Assembly: GCF_018350175.1 (NCBI RefSeq)
Contig: NC_058382.1
Location: 54,314,001 to 54,378,000 of the forward strand
Source of the DNA: Felis catus
Taxonomy: Eukaryota
Reading direction: 5' to 3'
DNA length: 64,000 bases
The notes under the pieces were generated by a model. The model saw only the letters and a list, made by a program, of their open reading frames with translations. It did not search any database and had not been told where the DNA came from. Below are positions 51,546-62,989 of the stretch, piece after piece; position 1 is the stretch's first letter, and every line of letters begins with the position of its first letter. The position numbers were made by a program, and so were the translations under genes.

Positions 51546-53553
51546 CATGGTGTATATCAAACTAGGGGCCAAGCCACTGAGGCTAGAGCAGAGCCAACAG
51601 GCAGAGAGATGCAAACAGTAGGGGCAGCTACGAACCACAGTTTTGTGTGTGCCTGTGTGAGAGGGGCTCTGTCACAGGCCGGATTCAGAGGATGGCCACT
51701 CTCCATTCAGTTATCAAGAGGGACAATGCCTTGAATGTTCCAGCCGGCTTTAAGGGACTTTTGTTACCTAATCTATACAAGATCTGGTGGAAGGCAAAAT
51801 GGAATATTGAACGTCAAGGACAATCTGAAGGCATCATCTTAGTAAAGGGAGAGAGTAAAACCATATGGGAAGCAATAAAGGAAGCTCACTCAAGAGAAGG
51901 CCAAGGTGGCGTAAGCCCATCAGCTTCAAACATTTTCAATCATTCATTCAACAAATATTTATTGAAAAGCTTCCATGTACCCAGTAAAGTGCCAAGAGCT
52001 GGGAATGCCATCACAACTATTACAGACATGGTCCTGCCCTCGGAGAGCTTAGAGCCTCGCAGAAAACCCTGGAGCTGAGCTATGGACCCCTTTTCCCAAT
52101 CAAAATGGTTCCAGGAAACCTAACAACATAAAATCAGATACGTGCAATAATTTTTTAGTGTAGAAGCCTTTTGTAAGTTTAAGTGATGCTACTTTCTTAT
52201 AACTCATGAGAGCAATAAAGCCAGCCTATTTTGATTAATAACGAATTTTTTCAATGAGGCCCAAGAACATCAGCTGTCTTCCTATGACAGCCTCAACAAT
52301 TTATTTCTGCATTTGGTCTGCTTGTAAATAAGAAAGCAATTTTTGATTTGCTATAAAAAATAGTTGTGAGTAGTGTCAGGTTAGGTTTGCTTTGTTTTAA
52401 TGATCTTGTCTCACAAGCTGAGGGTATTCTGCATTCTAAGTGACCCTAAAGTCTGAAAAAAGAAACAGAGGAAATGTCTGTTTTGTGGTTGACCCTCTAA
52501 CATGTAACAACAACCCGCATTCCTTCTCTCAAATTGAAAAGTCAGGGCAGAATGGCCTAGTACTCTCAATAAACCCCAGTATCACCTTTGGTACAATACA
52601 AAGAGATAGCTATTATCACACACTGATTATGACACCATGTCCAGAATATTCACCAACCACCACCATTTGAACCTTGAGTGGTATCTCATTGAGTGGGTGC
52701 GTTGTGTTGTAAAAGCATATTTGCCTGTATAATTTTATGTGAGGAGATATAAACAGGTCTGAATTTTTAAGAATGCTGCAGACCTAAAATGTTGCTAAGG
52801 CAGTGCATTTACCAGAAGTTCAAATATATGCCCAGAGATGGCAGGAAAAGCTATATTCTGAGGTCTACTCACCAAAGAAAAGAGTTGACCTGGCTGTTCC
52901 TTTTAATGTACTGAACAGCCCAATGTGTTAAAAGCGTGGTGTATAACCATATGTGGGTGTTAGGCCTTTAGCTATCACATTCTGAACAACAGTTTAAAAG
53001 ACATTTGTGGCTGCAGTCCCAGCACCTGGCATTGTTCTAGGCACACAGTAGACATATAATAAATGTTTGATCGATGGACTATTTAGAAAATGACTATTTT
53101 TAAATAAAATTCAAATCCAGAACTTGTAGAAGCTCCATGGCTTGTTAGTAAGGCCCACGACGATGCCATTTTTAAAACACTAGACTAGAAGACAAGGAAA
53201 TGAAAACCAGAGAGGAAAATTCCCTGACGACGAAAGTGAGAATAGGGTGGTGGCCCCTTGGTTGGGGAATTCCTGGCATGGCCCTGTGTGCCCACCACGC
53301 TCAAGAATGAGCCCCGTGTGCCAGAAGGCCAAGGCCTGGCAGGGCTCCTGAAGCCCTTCACACATGCAGACAAAACGAGATGACGACACCCCCTAATAAG
53401 TGAGGTTTATTCGAAGAGGTGGCAGACTCAATCGGACGGAGAGACTTCAAACACAGAAGAGATCGTATCGTACGGTAGAGGCCACCAAGGCCTAGGGGAC
53501 ACCGCTAACAGCACACTGTTATCAAATGGTAGCGTGTGGACCAGAAACCTGAC

Positions 53554-53985
53554 TGTACCAATCAGGATTCAATCAAGGAAGCAGAACCACTAGGATATAC
53601 ACCTTAAAAGATTTATTGCAAGGAACTGGCTTATGTGGTTGGGCGGGGGGGGGGGGGGGGGGGGGGGGGGATGGGGGTAGGGGGCTAGCTAGGCAAGTCC
53701 AAAGTCCATAGGGCAGGTCATTAGGAAGGGCAAGCTGAAACTCCTCCCAGCTGAAGCGGTTATCCACAGGTGGAATTTCTTCTTCGAGTAAGCCCCAGTT
53801 CTAAAGGCCTTTCAGTTGACTGAATCAGGCCCACCCAGATTATCCAGGATAATCTCCCTTAAATGCAACTGATTGTGGACTTTAATCACATCTACAAAAT
53901 AGCCTCCCACCAAGACCTACATTAGCGTTTGACAGAATGACTAGGGACTGGAGCCAGCTAAGTTAACACATAAAACTCCATCATG
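53554..53985 (-). mobile_element. MLT2-like ERVL solo LTR containing a G26 run
   Basis: gcagaaccactagga...atttattgcaaggaactggcttatg...aggcccacccagatt...aagttaacacataaaact. Confidence 0.75.
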
Positions 53986-54539
53986 TCCATTTACCAATAA
54001 CACCATAGTGATCTGTCCACCATACCTCTCCTCTTGGAAAAATGCTGGTATGAAAAATCTGTAATGAAGAACTTTACTTACCTCCTTGTACTCAACTTAG
54101 CAAGATCTTTTTGTTGACCAACCCCTTTAGAAAGGTTCTGTATGACTACATTATAGGTGTTCTACTCTTTTCTCCAGCTAAATTACTGAAGATGTCAGAC
54201 CCAACTGTCGTAGGTCAGCAGGAGAGGGCTTTGTAGGGTTTATGGAAAATCCCTTCTTTTACAAATGTAAGTCTAATACCCACTGTCTACATGACAACTG
54301 ACATCCAAATCATCCAAAGTAGCAGAGCCTTGTGCAGAACCAGGGGAATGGAGATGGCTGATCCAGTCTCTAACATCACCCCCAGATATCACATTCATTC
54401 TATCTACATTATCATGCCCAAGATTCTTAAAAGTGTTGCCCGCAGAAGATGTACCTGCATCCACATTCCCACATCCCCTTGCTCACCATCATACTGCAAT
54501 CAGGTCCTCCCTCACCCACCACCAACACACTCTATGGAA

Positions 54540-55300
54540 TAGATGCACCCTAAGGTACCAATGACTTCCTGGTTGTTAACTCCAAAGGCCACTGTAGACC
54601 TTTTATCTTGAAATGCAATTTCCCAATGCCTTCCGTAACAGCAAAGCCTCCTACCTCTCTTGCTAGTCCTTGTAAATTTGGTGTCACTTCTCTCTCTTCT
54701 TCTATCCTTTAAATGTCCATTTTCTCCAATATTCCATCACTGGGCCCTCCTCAGGTTTACACGTTGTCTTTTGGCTCTAATCATGATCTATACACTAATG
54801 ATTCCCAAACCCCCATAACAAGTGCCCCTTCTGAGCTTTAGGCTCACATGACCATGGCAGTGGACATCTATACATGGATGTTCCACAAACACTCAGAACT
54901 CACTGTCCTTTCCACAGATTCACTACTTTCAATTAATGCTTCTTCCCAGGCTATCTCCATGACTGGTTCCACTATCCACCTAAGAGACCAAAATGAAAAC
55001 CAAAGAGTTATCCCTCAACTCCTGCCTTTCCCTCAATTTGAAGGGATGAGGGGTGGGTACCATTCATTTCCTAACTTCTACTCCTCCGTAGCCACCACAT
55101 CTTTTAATAAGCCTTCTGTGCTCCCACAGAACCCCATCTTCCCCCGTATTAACGCTTTCCCCATTGCCCTGTAAACTGCCCGTTTTCTTAACTATATCTC
55201 CATGAGACCACAGACTTCTGGAGAACACAATCTCACCATTTCCCTAGTGCATGCCATATATTTGGTGTTCTATGAATGTAAAAAGAACAAATGAAAGATT
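54540..55300 (+). mobile_element. L2 remnant
   Basis: ccaatgacttcctggttgttaactccaaaggcca...ggacatctatacatggatgttccacaaacactcagaact. Confidence 0.6.
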
Positions 55301-57213
55301 GTGCTATGAATTCAGCCACATCTATACCTGTCTTCACCATCCAAGAGATGAGGAAAGACCTATAACTTTGGACTCTAAATGTGTGTCTCTAATATGTCAG
55401 ATCTTTGAAAACTACCATGCCTGAACCATTCCTTAGCAAGGAGCTATCTAAACTCCTTTCAAGGACAGTTTAATCCCCTGAAGAAATGATCTTATGCAAT
55501 GAAGAATGACTTGACATAAAAGTCTACCTGAAACTAAGCTGGTATCTGCCCACAGACGACAATTTAAAATAACTTTCAAAAGATGGGAGAATCATACTTC
55601 CATTCAATATTCACCAGGTGAATCACTTCAACTGAACCGATAAATTTTCTTTGCAGAGATCTGTCCCTTCTAACACTGGTACAGAGATTCGAGAAGTTGT
55701 ATCACTGATCATCTATTCTGCTACTAGCGTTTGACAGGAATTGCCACAGGTATGATTGGTAAATAGGGAAACGATGTCAGTATAACAAGTAAGTTGTGTT
55801 GACTCTTGTGTTCTTTTTCCTAGCTTGTTAATATTCTGAAGCAATCATAGGAAAGCCCTGTCACAGAGAAAAAGAAAGACTGAATGATGTATGAAGATCA
55901 TAGAACAAAGTTGGAAATGCATTCCAGTGCCTTCCTTTAATATGAGTAGTAGCAGACTGTGGCTTTAAGAACCACTATGATTTCCACTATGTGAACCTGC
56001 CAGGCAAAGCTAGAAGTTACAGATGAAGAAGCTATGAAAACATTTCTCCCAATAGAGATGAATGACAAGGGCTATGCTCTGGGGAGGATTTAATTTTGAT
56101 GAAAATGGGGTCTTTTAGAAGCAAATGCCCTCGGCGACCTACAGAGAGAAGGGAGGTACAAACCCAGTCGGAATGCTGTGAAGGATAGACTGACCTGTTG
56201 AGGGCAAACACCAGCCAGGTGGAGATTTAACCAAGCTGTATTTTTATTAGAGTCACTTCCGGTTTTGTTTCCGGTTACAAAGTTCCATAAGTTTTCAGCA
56301 GTCTGCCTCAATCCTGTTTTCCCAATAAGCCCATATCTTCCCATATTTTTAGTGTGTGGTTTTGCAGAACATGAGGGCAGAAATGCCCATGGTCATCACT
56401 TTTGCAGAGTTGATTTTTAACAGAAGTAAATTTCTTTGAACAAAACTAAAATTAACCTATTATTATTATTATTTATCTTATTTGGAATGAAATGCAGTAT
56501 TTACACACACACAAACATACACATAATCACACACACGTATATATTAGATATGGATGGGTGCATGCATGCCTATCAACACCCCCACCCAAAAACAAGACAT
56601 AGGGCACATTTCCTGCTTTTAGGATAGAACCTTGGGATGCATACATAAACTGAATGTTGACAAACCCAAAAGGAACTATCACTGTCAAGTTCATCTTGGC
56701 CACAACTGACTTTGTCTACAGACAGACAGCATTCTCTTTGAACAATTTTGCCCAAGAAGTAGAGAGAGACCGCCTCCACAACTGTCAGCTAATCACAAGG
56801 GAGGGGGTGTAAAACACCACCCAACAGCCACATGGAAAGCCACATGGTTGAAGCTTAGATGCGATCAATCCTTCTAATGAATAACAGACTGGCTCTCGGG
56901 AAAGAGACTCAGCCACACTTCCTTCCAGGGAGAACTAAGAGCTACCCATACACATGGTGTTGCCACCACTGAGAGATCACAAGCTGGGGAAGAAAAGGGA
57001 ACAGAAGGTAACACTCAATATGAGGATAAGAAAGGTCAGCCAAGGTACTTTATCCACGCTTAATTCGGTCTTCTGTTCACTGACTCTGTCAACAAGTATT
57101 TGAATGTGCAAGAAGCTAGGGACACAGAGAGGGACAAGACAAGAGAACCAGGTTCCTAATGCCCTATGTCTTCCTGATACCCAAACATTTAGCAAATAGA
57201 TTAACTAAATTTC

Positions 57214-57367
57214 TGGGGTTGCAAACTGCCTGCTGGAGGCAGGTAAGTAATATACGAGTGAAGCAGAATGGGTACGTGGTACCAGGGAGCATTGGGCCAA
57301 TGACAAACTAGAGGTCACATGTACCATCTAAAGGTACTCAAATCCATTTTTCTTATCTACTGTGGAG

Positions 57368-57404
<37 letters not shown>

Positions 57405-57440
57405 TAGCCCAAACCTGTTCACAGACTGCCACTTTATGAC
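57214..57440. mobile_element. MER102-like hAT-Charlie remnant
   Basis: ggggttgcaaact...gcaggtaagtaatatacgagtgaagc...catctaaagg. Confidence 0.55.
57373..57402. repeat. (CA)n microsatellite
   Basis: Direct reading. Confidence 0.95.
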
Positions 57441-60350
57441 CGTCATATTTAGCAGAATGTAGACCTGAGCATCAGGATTAGCATTTCATTTTGTAGCCAG
57501 ATACCTGACTCTAAGAAGATCAACCAATGTTTAAGATCACCTTTCTATAGGCGATGGCTACAACACACCTTCTGGTGAGATGAGAAGTCTTCTACAGGGG
57601 AAACAAAGTGGAACCATCTGTCAAGGTCCAAAATTTTGGAAAGTGAGCTTGACTCTCTATTTCCTCATTATGAAGAGTGCCATTACATACATTTTTTTCA
57701 TTTTCTGTACCTATTCCGTAAAAAAAAAATTCTATCTGAGGAGGGTTGACTCTTTAAATTATCTGAAGCACCAAAGAGAATATGAAGAATCTCTACAATC
57801 CAAATCACATCTTCACTACAAAAGGTCAAGGATAATGTCAGTAGACACACAGGTACAGTGCACCAATTACAAATATAATAGTTCTCAGCCCACTCAAGAT
57901 GCGGTTTCTTAGAGGTTACGAGAAGCCATTTTATGTATACTTGAATATAACAGTCAATTAATGTAATACCATAAATGAGAGTAAGATCAGTTTTCTTCTT
58001 TTTTTTCTCTCAAGGTCAATCAACGTACTAGGTATTCCAAGATCGGTCCTCAAATCAACATCCTATTTTTCACACACACAACAATGTACAGTTAGAAATA
58101 TATATGCTAGAAACGTACAGCTCCCAGCACTTAATTGTTTTTCAAGCTAAATTTGGACAACAAATTAAATTCTTCAGTATAGGTTATATAACACAGACGC
58201 AGACTACGAAAATGTTGACACTGGTTATACTCTTGTAATGCAATTTAGCCCTTTTAGGAACGATGATGCCAATAATCAGCTATGGGAAAACTATTTTACA
58301 TCTAGTACAATTACCTACTGTCACAGAGGTAATGATTATTATTGTCCTGTTCTCCAGTAAGAACTCTTGAGGTGCTAACATAGTTCCAAGGCCAGTGTGA
58401 AAATTCCCCTTAACCGACTATGATTACCAGTGTTAAGGAGGATAGTTTCAAGTGAACATTAAACAAGAAATTATCCCCAGAAGGTTCATAAGTTCCAAAC
58501 TTTAAACGGAGAAATACTGACAGCTCCTCATACATCCTCTTAACACCTTCAGGATGCACTCAGGCAATGGGAGTATCTCTAGGTTGACTCAGTATCAGTG
58601 CACAGAAAAATCCATACTCCTAAGGAGTCGCGTTTTGCCCCTGAACAGCATCGACTCTTGACCAATATCCTAACAGTGCTGCTGATACTCAGGAAAGTCC
58701 AATCAGACCTCCCATTCTGCTGTGCTTCAACTTTTGGTTTCAGAAATTGCTCCGCCATCTTGAAACAGACCAAAGTGCTTGCACCACGCATTGGCCTTGA
58801 TCTGCCAAAGTTCTTCACCAGGTTTCTACCCAACTTCACCTTCCTTATCAGCAAAAGGATGAGGAAGGCAATAGCGCTAAGAAGAGGTCAATTTGCAGAG
58901 GTTCTTTCAAAGACTGCCAAGATCACCCATCTGTCCCATCTGAGCCCACTGGCTGGTGGTCCATGACTGGGCCTCACCAAGTCCACAATCTTCCAAAGAC
59001 CCTGGTCACACAGGACGCCAAGAGCTAATCTGCCTGTTCTCCATTCTTCTCCCACTGCAGCCAGCAAATCTACCATCTGAAAAGCTTCAGCCGCCCAGAG
59101 GGCCCAGGGGGAAAAGCTCAAGGTAGGTGAATCACCCCTACAGTCTCTCGTGGGTGAATCACTTCTGCAGTTTCTTACCCACTAGGTTAATTTCACCCTT
59201 TTGGGGTGCTCGTCTCGATTTAGTCAGGAGCCCGGAGAAGCAGGGCTAGGGTTCACAGATTCGTGCGCAGGTAGCATAGGTCCAGGCTGAGCGGTGACGC
59301 TGGTTTACTTGGAGGATCACTAGGCCTTCTGGTTGAAGACGTCTGGCCTCTTCACTTCCTTATTCTGACACCCATCTTGGTTGGGGCCAACACCGTTTTG
59401 AACGCATTCTCCCCGGGGGTGTGGGGCTCATTTCTCCTTCTGTCCACTGGTCGGGAACCCAAAAGCTGGAACAGCTGTGTCCAGGGCCAGCTACAACCCA
59501 GCTCCCGGAGGCCACGGCTATTCCTCCGTTGTTTCACGGATGCCAGACTAACGTCTTCCTTGACCACTTTTGAGACGCTTTCAAAGTCTCCCAGGATGGC
59601 CACTACCTGTGTGGACCTGGGTGGACCCGGAGACAGGTATCCACTGAGGGTGACGCAGAGTGTCGAGAGCACGGCTCACATCCCACGTCCTCCAGCAACA
59701 TGTTACCACCCACCTCTGACTTCCATATTCTCTTCCCTTCCACACAGGGCCCTCTGCAGCGCCCCCTCTCGCCCCCGGCGTGCACGACACCCGCAAGGAC
59801 CGCCCCCACGCCCCGGCCTGGAGGGCTTCCCAGCCCGTGGCGGGGGCAGCAGGTGGGGGGAGGGGGGAGACGGCCTGGTGGCCCCGGGGAGCGGTTTGGC
59901 GGGTGTCCCCCGTACCCCCACCCGGCCGCCCCCACCCCCACGCAGTCTCCCCCCAGCCCCCCGGACCCCGCCTGGCCGGGGCCGGGCTCCGCTCCCACGC
60001 CCGCCCCCCTCCTCTCCCGCGCCCCCGGCCCAGCCCGGGCCGCGCACCCCCCGCCCCGCACCCTCGCCGGCCGCCGCGCGGCCCCCGGCATTCCCGGCAC
60101 GTCCGGCGCCGACTTTTACCTGTACTTTCTGCACTCGAGGCGGCTCGTCGGGCGAGAAACACCTCCCCGGGACCGCTACCTCCCCCGCCCCGGCTCCGCC
60201 CGGCTTCCTCCTTCCCCTCCAAGGCCGCAAAGTAGATGGAGTAAGAGAGTGTGTGTGCGAGAGAAAGAGAAAGAGGGAGCGGGCGCGGGCGCCGCGGGAG
60301 GGCGGGCGGGCGGCGGGCGGGAGGCGCGCCCGGCCCCCGCCGCCCTCCGG

Positions 60351-60374
60351 CCGCCGCCGCCGCCGCCGCCGCCG
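60351..60374. repeat. (CCG)8 trinucleotide repeat near the start of intron 1
   Basis: Direct reading. Confidence 0.95.
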
Positions 60375-60494
60375 CGGGCTCGGCAACTCCGGCTCGCGCC
60401 CGGCCCCGGCCCCGGCCCGGTCCCCGCCGCCCGCCGCCCGCCGCCGCCCGCCGCCCCGCGGGCCGGGGCCGGCCGCGCCCCCGCGTCCCCGTAC

Positions 60495-60518
60495 CTCGTA
60501 AAGGTCCCCAGAAGCCAT
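60495..60518 (-). CDS. CDYL2: CDYL2 first coding exon (MASGDLYE), start of the chromodomain
   Basis: Minus strand reads GGC ATG GCT TCT GGG GAC CTT TAC GAG|GTACGG: good Kozak context, 8 codons, phase-0 GT donor. The peptide matches the N-terminus I recall for mammalian CDYL2 (MASGDLYE-VERIVDKRKNKKG...). It lies in a CpG island. Confidence 0.93.
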
Positions 60519-60596
60519 GCCAGGCTGCGGAACTTGGCTCGCCGGGTGTGCGCGTCTGCTCGCTCGCGCCCTCCGTGCGTGTGCGCGAGGGGGCCA

Positions 60597-60646
60597 GTGT
60601 GCGCGTGTGTGTGCGCGCGTGTGTGTGTGAGTGTGTGTGTGGTGTG
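60597..60646. repeat. Mixed (GT)n/(GC)n alternating purine-pyrimidine tract
   Basis: gtgtgcgcgtgtgtgtgcgcgcgtgtgtgtgtg... read directly. Confidence 0.9.
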
Positions 60647-60740
60647 TTGAGTAAACTGTGTTTTTGCAGAATGACAGGCTTGGGGGCTGCCTATGCGCAG
60701 AATCAGAGCGGGCGGCGGCGGGGCTGGCGTAACCGGCAGC

Positions 60741-60767
60741 GGCGGCGGCGGCGGCGGCGGCGGCGGC
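60741..60767. repeat. (GGC)9 trinucleotide repeat, (GCC)9 on the CDYL2 strand, probable 5'UTR
   Basis: Direct reading. Confidence 0.95.
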
Positions 60768-62989
60768 ACGAGCGCGGGCAGCAGCGACGGCCGCGCAGCG
60801 CGCCCGGGAGGCACCGACGCGGCCCGAGCGCCGCGGCCCCCGCGACCCGGCGACCCGGCGGCGGTGGCTGCAGCGGGCAACGGCTCGCCCCGGCGCCGCC
60901 TGCAGGAAGCCGCCCCGCGCCCGCCGCCGGCCCGGACGCTGCTGCCACTGGGCGAGTCCCCGCCCCCCGGGAGCCCGGCCCGGCCCCCGGGGAGGGGGGG
61001 GCGGGGGCGGCTGCCCGGCCGCGCCCCGGGGGACCGGTCCCGGAGTCCGGGAGCGCCAGGGCCCGCCCCGCCGCCCCGGGCCGGCTCCGGAGGCGGCGGC
61101 GGGGCTCCCCCCGGGGGTGACCGGCCAGGTGCCCGCCGGGCGCACCCGGCCCCGGGGCCGCGAAGGGGCGGCCGGGGAGGCAGGTAGAGAGCAGCGGTGG
61201 CCGGTCGCAGGGAAGGGGCCCCAGCTGGGCTCAGCCGACCCGGGGCCTCACCTCTTGCCCCACCCCACCCCCCACCTACCACCCCCAACCCAGGGAGGGA
61301 GTGGGCGCCACCCCGGGAGACCTGGCCCCTCTGGGGCTCTGCAGCCCCTCCCCGGCTACATAGCCCCTCCCTCCAGTCTGGTTTGTAAGACGTGGAGGCC
61401 CCAGGGAGGAGGGACGACATGGCCCATACAGAGGCGCCAAGACAGCACCCCATAAACCCTGGAAAGTCTTCAGAGCCAGGCGTGGCCTCCCTTCAACAGC
61501 CGCCTCCCCCCATTCATTCACTCATCCACTACTCAACAAACATTTTCCAGGCTACCCAACTACACGGGTGTCCCTAGACAGGCTCAACCGGGACCCTGCC
61601 CTCAAGGGACTTTGAATCCAAGAGGAGAAACTGGCCTCACAGACGTGAGGAGGATTCAGTCGTGCCACACAGAGGAGTTCCTACTATGTGCCAGGCTCCA
61701 GCTCGAGGTGTTGAAGAAGCTCCCTGAAGTCCAAACTCCTTAATCAAGTCGTCTCTTCCTACCAAGATCCTGGATAAATGGCCTCCCTTCTGTTTAAAGA
61801 CTTCTCTCTATAAGAGATACGGTTAACTCAGAACCTGGGAAGACAGGCGGTTCTGAACTCGGAAGAAGGGTCTTCCACATCCCAGCCCCCAAAATGCCTA
61901 GTTGGTTACTTTCTCCAGATGAGAAATGGACGTAATTCACATCCTTCCTCCTTCATTTCCTCTGTATGAGACTTTGGACATGTCGCTATACTCATCTCTA
62001 AATTGGAAATGGTGATAAACACCTAAAGTGATGTCAGAAATAAATAGGGAATCTATGTGTATAAGAAATGGCATATAGCAGCAGAACTCAATAGAGGTTA
62101 TTCGTGTCTGAATCTGGACCCTGAACTGCCCTTGTGGAAAGATGGTGAAGGAGAATGTGTGACAAAGAGAAAAGGTTTAATCTAGAAGCTGTCAGACTTT
62201 TAAAGGACATCAAATTTTTCATTTCAAAAAAAAATTTCTTAGAATCTGAACCACAAAGTTTTCACGTCTGGCTCATTCTAGGATACGTGAGTTTGCATAT
62301 GCTGTTCCCTCTGCCTAGAATGTCCTTCCACATGGAATCCATCTGGAAAACTCTTCCTCTTCCTGCAGGGGCTTGTTTATCTTTGTATCACAAGCATCTA
62401 TCACTATTCCTGGCAGAGAGTGAGCACACAATGAATGTTTGTCAGGCTATGCCAATACAACAGATTTTATACCAATTTCTAGTTAAAATCCCATATTAAA
62501 ACAGTGGGGGAGGGGGGGAGAAGGGTGAGTGTGTGGAAATAACAAAGTGTATTTGGTTTAAAAACTGTAGAAATAGTTATAGCAATTCTCTCCCCTTTTC
62601 ATACTATTTTCCCAATGGTTATGGTTTTAAATAACAATAATAAATAGCTCTCAATCTGTAGGTCACAAAACAAATTTTAATGATCCTTAATTTGTACTTG
62701 GGAATAAACGTGCCACCATAGCATGAGGATGTAATTTGGAAGTAGAAGACAAGAAGGAAACTGGGTTTGGAAATAATCTGCTCAGCCAAATTTGAATATA
62801 TAATCACTAGTTTTATAAAAACACCAAAAACTTGACTTGTGCTGGCCAAATGCTCCCTGGGAATGTGAGCACACTTTGAAAAACCCTTGTCTAGACAGCA
62901 ATTGTTACAGAGTTCACAGAAGAGGATATTCACTGTGGATTGGCATGCTCAGGGGATAGCTGATGAAAGAGGTAGAATTGAAGTGCATC

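Larger units (their letters stand above)
1..60494 (-). other. CDYL2: CDYL2 intron 1 (5' part; continues beyond the left edge)
   Basis: Begins at the GT donor 60494-60493. No sequence encoding exon 2 (VERIVDKRKNKKGKWEYLIRWKGY) was seen in the window. Content is repeat-rich and non-coding. Confidence 0.85.
59740..61330. promoter_or_regulatory. CDYL2: CpG island containing CDYL2 promoter, 5'UTR and exon 1
   Basis: Very GC-rich with dense unmutated CpG and many GC boxes (GGGCGG/CCGCCC), surrounding the ATG exon. The TSS cannot be placed from sequence alone. Confidence 0.92.

Noticed and set aside
53412..53425. CTCF-like CGAAGAGGTGGCAG (similar weak matches near 52831 and 61425)
   Set aside because: Several mismatches in the 5' half; expected by chance in 64 kb.
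58598..58966. 122-aa basic ORF, considered as a processed pseudogene
   Set aside because: No recognisable protein similarity, non-ATG start, and no poly(A) tail or TSD seen. A BLASTX search would settle it.
59377..61453. Overlapping 150-480 aa Pro/Arg/Gly/Ala-rich ORFs on both strands
   Set aside because: Stop-codon depletion in a CpG island. Only the 8 codons before the GT donor match a known protein.
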